Shown here one piece after another: positions 57,262 through 64,000 of a DNA stretch of 64,000 nt (position 1 is its first letter; each line of letters opens with the position of its first letter). The notes below the pieces were generated by a model. That model did no database searches, was not told where the DNA came from, and saw nothing but the letters and a program-made list of their open reading frames with translations. The stretch lies in NCBI GenBank assembly GCA_031370755.1, contig JANMQZ010000093.1:576-64575 (forward strand), written 5' to 3'. This stretch comes from Actinomycetes bacterium. Its GTDB lineage: Bacteria; Actinomycetota; Thermoleophilia; Gaiellales; Gaiellaceae. Both the position numbers and the translations under genes were made by a program.

Positions 57262-58371
57262 CTACGAATCGAAGACGATCACGGAGCGGATGCCGTCCTG
57301 CGCCTCCATCAGCTCGAAGCCGCGGTTGACCTCCGCGAGCGTCAGGCGGTGCGAGATCAGCGGCGCGACGTCGATCTCGCCCGCGAGCCAGCGATCGACG
57401 AGCTGCGGCACCTGGTCGCGGCCCTTGACGCCCCCGAACGACGAGCCGGCGACGCGGCGGCCGGTGATGAGGTAGCGCGGGACGACGTCGAGCGTCTCGC
57501 CCTTGCCCGCGACACCGCACACGGTCGCGAGGCCCCAGCCCATGCGCGCCGACTCGACCGCCTGACGCATCACCGCCACGAGCCCCGTTGCCTCGAAGGT
57601 GTAGTCGGCGCCGAACCCGCCCGTCAGGTCGAGGATCCGCTGCACCGTGTCGGGCCCGCCGGTCATCACGTCGGTCGCTCCCTGCGCGCGCGCGAGCTCG
57701 AGCCGATCGGCCGAGAGGTCGACGGCGACGATGCGCTCGGCGCCCTGCAGCCGGCAGCCGGCGATCGCGCCGAGGCCGACGAGGCCGGCGCCGAAGACGA
57801 CGCAGGTCGAGCCGGCCTGCACCTTGGCAGTATTTATTGCAGCACCGAGCCCGGTGGAGAGCCCGCAGGCAAAAACGCAGGCCTGGTCGAGCGGAGCGGC
57901 CGGAGTGATCCTCGCGAGTGCGATCTCCGGAATCACGGTGTACTCCGCGAAGGTCGAGGTGCCCATGAAGTGCCGGATCGGCTCGCCGCCGCGCGCGAGG
58001 CGTGTCGTGCCGTCGGGCAGATAGCCCAGATTCTGCTGCTCGCGGATCGCGAGGCAGAGGTTCGTCCGCTCGTCGAGGCAGTGGCGGCACTCGCGGCACT
58101 GCGGCGAGAACAGCGTCACGACGTGGTCGCCCGGCACGACCGACGACACGCCCGCTCCGACGGCCTCGACGACGCCGGCGCCCTCGTGGCCGAGCACCGT
58201 CGGCGAATACCCGGACGGATCGGCGCCCGACGCCGTGTAGAGATCCGTGTGGCAGACCCCGCACGCGACGAGCCTGACGAGCACTTCGCCTGCCTTCGGC
58301 TCTGCGAGCTCCACGTCCTGGATCACAAGCGGAGCGCCGAACTCCTCGAGAACTGCGGCCTTGATGCGCAT
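57262..58371 (-). CDS. Zn-dependent class III-type alcohol dehydrogenase (S-(hydroxymethyl)mycothiol dehydrogenase-like)
   Basis: CGVCHTD, GHEGAGVV, CRECRHC structural Zn site, VFGAGLVGLG Rossmann motif. Confidence 0.88.
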   Translation of the reverse strand: MRIKAAVLEEFGAPLVIQDVELAEPKAGEVLVRLVACGVCHTDLYTASGADPSGYSPTVLGHEGAGVVEAVGAGVSSVVPGDHVVTLFSPQCRECRHCLDERTNLCLAIREQQNLGYLPDGTTRLARGGEPIRHFMGTSTFAEYTVIPEIALARITPAAPLDQACVFACGLSTGLGAAINTAKVQAGSTCVVFGAGLVGLGAIAGCRLQGAERIVAVDLSADRLELARAQGATDVMTGGPDTVQRILDLTGGFGADYTFEATGLVAVMRQAVESARMGWGLATVCGVAGKGETLDVVPRYLITGRRVAGSSFGGVKGRDQVPQLVDRWLAGEIDVAPLISHRLTLAEVNRGFELMEAQDGIRSVIVFDS

Positions 58372-58394
58372 CGGCCGATTATCGTCGAGAACGA

Positions 58395-59441
58395 GTGGCC
58401 GAGATCCGCCCGTTCACCGCGTTGCGCTATGCCGCAGACGACCTCGCGGATCTCGTCGCGCCGCCGTACGACGTCATCTCCGAGGCCGCGCGCGCCGACT
58501 ATCTCGCGCGAAGCCCGTACAACGTCGTGCATCTGACGCTCCCCGACTCCGAGGAGCAGGCCGCAGGCGATCTCGCCGCCTGGCGGAGTGCGGGCGTTCT
58601 CGTCGAAGAAGCAGAGCCGTCGTATTGGTGGCTCGCGCAGCGCTACGTCGGGCCGGACGGGATCGAGCGGACCCGCGAAGGATTCGTCGCCGCGCTCCGC
58701 ATCGAGCCGTACGAGAACCGGGTCGTTCTCCCGCACGAGCGCACGCATGCGGGCCCGAAGGAAGGCCGACTGCGCCTGCTGCGTGCGACGCGCACGCAGC
58801 TCGAGCCGATCTTCCTGCTCTGGGACGGAACGATCGAGGTCGACGGGCTCGGCGAGCCGGATCTCGCAGCGGAGGAGGGAGGCGTCGACGCGAAGCTCTG
58901 GCGCCTCGATCCCGAGTTCGGCGCCGCGCTGACGGAGGAGCTGAAGGAGGCGCAGCTGCTGATCGCCGACGGGCACCATCGCTACGAGACCGCGCTCGCG
59001 TTCCACGACGAGGACGGCTCCGAGGCTTCGGCCTTCATGCTCGTCGTGATCGTGCCCACGGGACAGGAGGGCTTGACGATCTTTCCGACGCACCGGCTCG
59101 CGCAGTCCGCCGACGGCGTCAGCGGAACGCCGATCGACCGTCCGGAGGGCGATCTGCCCGGTCTTGTCCTCTATCGACAAGGACAGTACGAGCTGATCGA
59201 CGCCGAGGGTCTCGATCCGGAAGTCGTCGACCGCCTCGCGCCGCAAGGCGTGACATACACGCCGCATGCGGACGAGGCCGTCGCTGCCGTCGATCGCGGT
59301 GACGCCGAAGCAGCGTTCCTCCTGCGGCCGACGCGCATCGAGGACGTGTGGGAGATCGCGCGCCGCGGCGACGTGATGCCGCAGAAGAGCACGTTCTTCT
59401 ATCCGAAGCTGACGAGCGGATTGCTGTTCCTGCCTCTGTGA
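58395..59441 (+). CDS. DUF1015 domain protein
   Basis: IRPFTALRY...LVAPPYDVIS...PYNVVHLTLP...LPHERT...ADGHHRYETAL. Confidence 0.82.
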   Translation: MAEIRPFTALRYAADDLADLVAPPYDVISEAARADYLARSPYNVVHLTLPDSEEQAAGDLAAWRSAGVLVEEAEPSYWWLAQRYVGPDGIERTREGFVAALRIEPYENRVVLPHERTHAGPKEGRLRLLRATRTQLEPIFLLWDGTIEVDGLGEPDLAAEEGGVDAKLWRLDPEFGAALTEELKEAQLLIADGHHRYETALAFHDEDGSEASAFMLVVIVPTGQEGLTIFPTHRLAQSADGVSGTPIDRPEGDLPGLVLYRQGQYELIDAEGLDPEVVDRLAPQGVTYTPHADEAVAAVDRGDAEAAFLLRPTRIEDVWEIARRGDVMPQKSTFFYPKLTSGLLFLPL

Positions 59442-60226
59442 TCGAGTGGCTCGAGATCTGCCGCGCCTCCGTCGAGGACGTGCAGCGCGTGCTCGGCGAG
59501 CTGCCGACGCGCGCCGAGCGCGAACCGGTCGTCGGCCAGGGGCTCGGCGGCGACGAGACGACCGCGATCGACAAGGCTGCCGAGGACGCGATCCTCGCGC
59601 GCTTCCGCGCGATCGACGGCATTACGATCGTCTCGGAGGAGGCAGGGCGGCTGGGGGACGGCAGCACGATCGTGGTGATCGACCCGATCGACGGATCCCT
59701 GAACGCCAAGCGCGGCATCCCCTTCTTCTCAGTATCTATTGCAGTCGCCGGCGGGCCGACGATGGGAGACGTCCATTTCGGCTACGTCTACGACTTCGGG
59801 ACGGGCGAGGAGTGGGTCGCGAAGCGCGGTGAAGGCGCAACGCTGAACGGTGAGCGGCTCACCGTCCGCCCGAAGGACACGATCGAGATTCTGAGCTTCG
59901 AGGCGACGCTCACCTCGTTGATCGCGCGCGATGCACCGAAGATCGCGGAGCTCGCGTACAGGCTGCGGATCATGGGCTCGCTCGCGCTCTCGCTCTGCCA
60001 TCTCGCCGCCGGACGCGTCGATGCTGTGTGCTCGCTGAAAGGCGCACGCGCGGTCGACATCGCGGCGGCGCAGCTTCTCGTCCGTGAAGCAGGTCTCACG
60101 ATCGAGCTGTTCGACGATCCGCGCTCCTTCGGCGAGGCGGAGTTGGATCTCGAAGGGCGCTCGCGTGTCGCCGCCGCCGGAACGGTGGAGCTGTGCCGTC
60201 AACTCGCCGATGCGCTCTCGGCATAG
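59438..60226 (+). CDS. Inositol monophosphatase family protein
   Basis: GTGA overlap. SEEAG, VVIDPIDGSLN, WDIAA-like AVDIAAAQLL. Confidence 0.85.
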   Translation: MIEWLEICRASVEDVQRVLGELPTRAEREPVVGQGLGGDETTAIDKAAEDAILARFRAIDGITIVSEEAGRLGDGSTIVVIDPIDGSLNAKRGIPFFSVSIAVAGGPTMGDVHFGYVYDFGTGEEWVAKRGEGATLNGERLTVRPKDTIEILSFEATLTSLIARDAPKIAELAYRLRIMGSLALSLCHLAAGRVDAVCSLKGARAVDIAAAQLLVREAGLTIELFDDPRSFGEAELDLEGRSRVAAAGTVELCRQLADALSA

Positions 60227-60278
60227 GACACCGGAATCCGTGCGGATGGGCCTCGCGGCCCTTGCGGTCCCGCGCAGC

Positions 60279-61652
60279 ATGGCTACGCTCCCGTCTGTGA
60301 GGTCGGGGTGGGTTGTGCTTGCGGCGGTGGCGGCCGCGCTACTTTCGGTGTCGTCCGCAACAGCGGCCGGCTGGCTGCCGCACGACGCGGATGCGACGTG
60401 GACGTATCAGTGGACCGACAGCGTGTACAACGTGACGCCGACGAACGAGCTCGTCTCGGTGAAGAGCACGGCTGGCGCGAGCTTCACGCTCGCGTGGACG
60501 ACGAAGGACGCGGGAACACCCGATGCGCCGCAGAGCAACGGCACCGTCTCGTTCCAGGACGCAAACTACGGTCTTGTCAATACCGACTGGCAGAGCTCGC
60601 CGCCGCCGAGCTCGTTCCCGCCTCTCTGCTCGACGCTCGGCTCGTGCGGCAACAGTCTCGCGAGCGCGTACTACAACGTCATCTGGGGGACGCGCGGCGC
60701 GCCGGTGCTCGCCGAGCCGTTGCTCGCAGGGACGAGTTGGAACGCGACGGGTGGAGCGCAGAACGACGTGTCCAGCCTCAACGACTATCTCGGTGTCGAG
60801 TCGATCACTGTGCCCGCGTTTCCGCAACCCGTAGTCGCAGCGAAGATCCGTTCGCAGATCACACAGGCAGGCGCGCTCGGCGATCCGTACGGCAGCGGTG
60901 TGCGCACGACGTGGTGGGTGTACGGCGTCGGTCCAGTGAAGATCGTGTTCCAGCATGCGGGTGGTAGCGGCGCACCTGTCACAACGGCGATGCTGCAAAC
61001 GACGAATCAAACTGCGAAGGCACCACCGGTCGATGTGCAGTACTTCCCGTTGGGCGTCGGCGTGAAGGGCACGTACCGGTGGACGAACACGAAGTACTTC
61101 AAGAAGCCGGAGGTCGAGAAGTTCAACATCGATCAGGCTGCGAACGGAACCGCGATCGCAAAGTTCTCGAGCGTGTCCGGCCCGATGAAGGTTGCAGGCG
61201 CGTATCAGTTCACGACACGTCTCGACGGTCTGACGAGTGTGTCGAGCGCGACGAAGGCGGCGTCGCTTGCAAAGTTGCCGCCGCTCGGCCCGAGCTCGCT
61301 GCCTGCGAACAAGCGTCGTCACTTCTTCACGCCGTTCGACTTGATGACGTACGGGTTCGGTCCAGTACTGCCTGCGTATCCGACGGCCGGTACGACGTGG
61401 TCATCCGATCCGGGGAGCCGCGACTTCTCCGTCTACGGCGTCACCGGCTCGACGAAGGTCGTCGGCGTGAGCAAAGTGAAGGTCCCGATGGGCACGTTCG
61501 ACGCACTCGTCGTCACGAGCTCGCTGAAGCAATCGGGCTTTCCCTTCGGCAGCGGAACGCGCACGATGTGGTTCGCGCCGAACAAGGGTCTCGTGAAACT
61601 TCAGTTCCGGCACGGCGACGGCAGCGTGTCCGTCGTGGAACGATTGCACTGA
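60279..61652 (+). CDS. Secreted protein of unknown function with an internal tandem duplication
   Basis: Signal peptide MATLPSVRSGWVVLAAVAAALLSVSSATAA. Both halves end in related segments: GSGVRTTWWVYGVGPVKIVFQHAGGSG and GSGTRTMWFAPNKGLVKLQFRHGDGSV. Start could be 60246, 60279 or 60297. Confidence 0.75.
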   Translation: MATLPSVRSGWVVLAAVAAALLSVSSATAAGWLPHDADATWTYQWTDSVYNVTPTNELVSVKSTAGASFTLAWTTKDAGTPDAPQSNGTVSFQDANYGLVNTDWQSSPPPSSFPPLCSTLGSCGNSLASAYYNVIWGTRGAPVLAEPLLAGTSWNATGGAQNDVSSLNDYLGVESITVPAFPQPVVAAKIRSQITQAGALGDPYGSGVRTTWWVYGVGPVKIVFQHAGGSGAPVTTAMLQTTNQTAKAPPVDVQYFPLGVGVKGTYRWTNTKYFKKPEVEKFNIDQAANGTAIAKFSSVSGPMKVAGAYQFTTRLDGLTSVSSATKAASLAKLPPLGPSSLPANKRRHFFTPFDLMTYGFGPVLPAYPTAGTTWSSDPGSRDFSVYGVTGSTKVVGVSKVKVPMGTFDALVVTSSLKQSGFPFGSGTRTMWFAPNKGLVKLQFRHGDGSVSVVERLH

Positions 61653-61657
61653 CGCGC

Positions 61658-62566
61658 ATGGACCGTAGGACGGCCGTGCTCGGTGTCGCGGCGATCGCAG
61701 CGGTCGCTGCTGCCGTAATCGTCACGGTTGCGAAGGGTCACGGTGCATCGCCTGAGCACAAGGCGACGGCGAACTACATCAAGAGCGCCGACACGATTCA
61801 GCAGCAGATGCGTGTCGAGCTGACGAAGGCGACGAACGCGTATCGCAACTTCGCGGGTGGCAAGGTGACGGCGAAGCTCGCGCCGCAGCTCGCACAGGCG
61901 GAACAGACGTTGCGCACCCTCGAGCAACGCTTGCGCGCGCTGCCCGCGCCCGCGGTCGCCACGCGCTTGCGCCGGTTGCTCGTTCGCCTTGCCACGGCCG
62001 AAGTCTCGCTCGCCGACGAGGTCGGGAGGCTCGCCGGCTTCTCGCCGAAGTTCATCGCGCTGCTCCGCTCGGCGAGCGCGGCGGGCGGCGAGCTGTCCAA
62101 GGCCCTCGGCGCGGTCACGCCTCCGAGCGCGCACACGATCAAGGGCACGAAGAAGCAGGTTGCTGCCGCGCAGGCGAAGTTCAGAACCGAGGCCGCGCAG
62201 GCCGCCGCCGCGCAGGCGGATGCGATCGATGCATACGACGCGAAAATCGCAAAGCTCTCGCGCGCGCTCGCGCGTCTCGATCCGCCGCAGGTCATGCGTC
62301 CCGCGTACTCGACGCAGCGCCGGACGCTCTCTGCCACGAGAAAGGCGGGTGCTGCGCTCGCTCAGGAGCTCCGGAAGAAGCGGCGTCCGGAGGTCGCGGT
62401 CTACGGCAGGCGCTTCAGCATCGCGGCGCGGAGCGCAACGAGCGTCTCCGCACAGAAGGCCGAGATCTCCGCGGTCAAGGCGTACAACAAGCGCGTCCGG
62501 GAGATCGGCGGCATGCAGGCGGCGATTCAGGGTGAGGTCGCGCGGCTGCAGCAAAAGACCGGCTGA
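61658..62566 (+). CDS. Membrane-anchored Ala/Lys/Gln-rich helical protein of unknown function
   Basis: MDRRTAVLGVAAIAAVAAAVIVTVA TM anchor, then a long predicted helical region. 5 nt after the previous stop. Confidence 0.7.
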   Translation: MDRRTAVLGVAAIAAVAAAVIVTVAKGHGASPEHKATANYIKSADTIQQQMRVELTKATNAYRNFAGGKVTAKLAPQLAQAEQTLRTLEQRLRALPAPAVATRLRRLLVRLATAEVSLADEVGRLAGFSPKFIALLRSASAAGGELSKALGAVTPPSAHTIKGTKKQVAAAQAKFRTEAAQAAAAQADAIDAYDAKIAKLSRALARLDPPQVMRPAYSTQRRTLSATRKAGAALAQELRKKRRPEVAVYGRRFSIAARSATSVSAQKAEISAVKAYNKRVREIGGMQAAIQGEVARLQQKTG

Positions 62567-62674
62567 AGTCTCACCGCTCCTTCAGCCCGCCGTGCAGAAG
62601 GCCGCTGCGAAGCCTGCGACGAAGCGTGCTGCCACGCGGCACGCCGTAGCTCGATTCTGGTTCACGCAGTCTGA

Positions 62675-62700
62675 TGCAATAGGCCGAACGGCCTATTGCA
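62675..62700. other. Perfect 11-bp hairpin TGCAATAGGCC-GAAC-GGCCTATTGCA in a 254-nt non-coding gap
   Basis: Read directly. Relatively AT-rich. No U-tract. About 110 nt after the upstream stop. Confidence 0.6.
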
Positions 62701-62820
62701 CCGTCGCGCGCGAGATGAGACTGTTCGCTCTACCGCTGGGGAGCGGGTCTAGGGGAGAAGGGGGACGCGACGAGCTCGTACGCTTCAGTCGCTGCAGCAC
62801 AGCCTTACGGGCTGACTGCA

Positions 62821-64000
62821 TTGAGGTTCAGGGGGATTCGGTACTGGTGGGCCGGTCTTGGCCTGGTCGTGCTCGGGTTCGCCTATGTCGGGCCTGTCGT
62901 TGCCGCGTTGCGGCAGCCTTCCGTTCCCGCGCGCACGACGCCTCTGCCCCAGCTCTCCATCCCCGCACTCGGCTTCCCGCTCTTGCGCGAGCCGAAGCTG
63001 CACGCGCAGGCACCGCTCCCCGCACTTCCGAAGACCCACGCACAGCCGATCGCCCGCGCGACACCGCACAAGGTCGTGTCGCAGCGCGTTCCCGTCGTCT
63101 CGGACATCCATGCCCAGGGCACGCCGACGAAGAAGGCAACGGCGAAAAAGACAAAGGATCCCTTCGCGAACGTGCCCGTCGTCCAGGACGACATCGGCAC
63201 GCCGCTCGCCATTCCCGCGCAGCAGGCGCCCGTTGCGCACGCGGCGGCATCGGCCACGACCGATGTTCAGCCCCCGGCGACCCCGGCGACCCTCGTCTCA
63301 GCGCCGCAGGTCGACCCGTCGGACGCAGTCGCGGGCGCAGCGACGCTCCCCGCAGCCGTGCACGACGGTGGTCTCGTGCTCATGTCCGCGCAAGACACCG
63401 GCTCGACGCAGGAGACCGCGACCGTCGGCGCAGGCGGCAGCGGCACGGTCGAGAACGTCTCGCCCGGCTTGAGCGGCTCGACAACGGTCTCGACGGCGCC
63501 CAACGACCAGAGCTCGACGGGCGGCGCGTCTGGCGCACCGGGCGACCAGAGCGGCCAGACCGTCGGCGGCACCACCGGCGGCACCGGCACGAGCAGCGGC
63601 TCCGGCGGCACGACGACGCAGACGACGACAAGCCAGAGCAACGACACGACCCAGTCGACGCCGCAGGGCACGACGAGCGCGCCAACCGACCCGGCGTCGA
63701 CCCCCGGTAGCGGGCCGTCTCCGCCGGCCGAATGGTCGGCTTCGACGCGCGGCACCGGTCCTCACGAAGTCTCGCTGAAGCTCGACGGCGCGAATCTCGT
63801 CCTCACGATCGACGGCACGTCGGTCTCGCGCGCGGTCTCGAGCGTCTCCGCGGTCACGATCACGGGCGTCGCCGATGTCGACGACACGCTGACGGTCGAC
63901 CTCAGCGGCGGCGACATCCCGGTCCCGGTCTCCTACGACGGCGGCGCCGCCGGCTACGACACACTCGTCGTCACCGGCTCGAGCGCGGCGCTCTCGGCGG
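62821..64000 (+). CDS. Large membrane-anchored surface protein (5' part; runs off the window)
   Basis: Frame not in the ORF track because no stop occurs in the window. TTG 62821 gives MRFRGIRYWWAGLGLVVLGFAYVGPVVAAL (TM), then a Pro-rich and Thr/Gly/Ser/Gln-rich linker, then a beta-rich region EVSLKLDGANLVLTIDGTSVS...TLTVDLSGGDIPVPVSYDGGAAGYDTLVVTG. High GC3. Confidence 0.7.
   Translation, partial: MRFRGIRYWWAGLGLVVLGFAYVGPVVAALRQPSVPARTTPLPQLSIPALGFPLLREPKLHAQAPLPALPKTHAQPIARATPHKVVSQRVPVVSDIHAQGTPTKKATAKKTKDPFANVPVVQDDIGTPLAIPAQQAPVAHAAASATTDVQPPATPATLVSAPQVDPSDAVAGAATLPAAVHDGGLVLMSAQDTGSTQETATVGAGGSGTVENVSPGLSGSTTVSTAPNDQSSTGGASGAPGDQSGQTVGGTTGGTGTSSGSGGTTTQTTTSQSNDTTQSTPQGTTSAPTDPASTPGSGPSPPAEWSASTRGTGPHEVSLKLDGANLVLTIDGTSVSRAVSSVSAVTITGVADVDDTLTVDLSGGDIPVPVSYDGGAAGYDTLVVTGSSAALSA

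Noticed and set aside
60279-61652. Lower-GC stretch as a horizontally acquired island.
   Set aside because: Third-codon positions remain strongly G/C. The drop comes from Thr/Asn/Lys/Tyr/Ser-rich amino-acid composition. No mobility genes flank it.

Overview
Chromosomal replication-origin neighbourhood of a very GC-rich (about 70% by eye, not computed), very tightly packed bacterial genome. The gene content points to a deep-branching actinobacterium: DUF721/DciA between recF and gyrB, a class E sortase, a mycothiol-type alcohol dehydrogenase, a PknB-like kinase and TreT. That taxonomic placement is inference only. The core is the classic block gyrB-dciA-recF-dnaN-dnaA (minus strand), divergent from rpmH-rnpA-yidD-yidC-jag-rsmG-parA-parB (plus strand). 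After it come:
- an ABC-2 exporter and tRNA-Ile;
- envelope genes (CPBP protease, MscS, class A PBP, Ser/Thr kinase, M28 peptidase plus sortase);
- molybdenum cofactor genes (moeA, moaC, mog, a sulfite-oxidase-family enzyme);
- an RsbW-like kinase leading a treT-otsA trehalose operon;
- a translationally coupled ccmABCD-hemX-hemA...hemC-hemD string;
- a purine permease, tRNA-Phe and arginase;
- rarA, pabBC, NAD salvage (NAPRTase and pncA) and a short FtsH paralog;
- an ECF sigma operon and an ArsR-antiporter pair;
- three secreted or membrane proteins of unknown function at the right edge, the last running off the window.

I saw no rRNA, CRISPR array, transposase, integrase or prophage. Most long ORFs in the track that lie antisense to these genes are shadow ORFs of GC3-rich genes.

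No clear novel multi-gene system is visible. The observations most worth a second look are:
1. an untracked 18-codon, five-cysteine ORF with a strong SD, divergent from a thiolate-rich ArsR repressor;
2. related hairpin-plus-U-tract modules immediately 5' of both the dnaA and gyrB start codons;
3. an orphan anti-sigma kinase heading a trehalose operon, next to a CACGTG-core direct repeat;
4. ccmABCD without ccmEFGH, fused to heme biosynthesis;
5. a proteobacterial-style insertion in GyrB;
6. repeated sharing of CTAG or palindromic stop junctions by convergent genes.

All coordinates rest on the supplied ORF track plus hand translation. No database search was possible.
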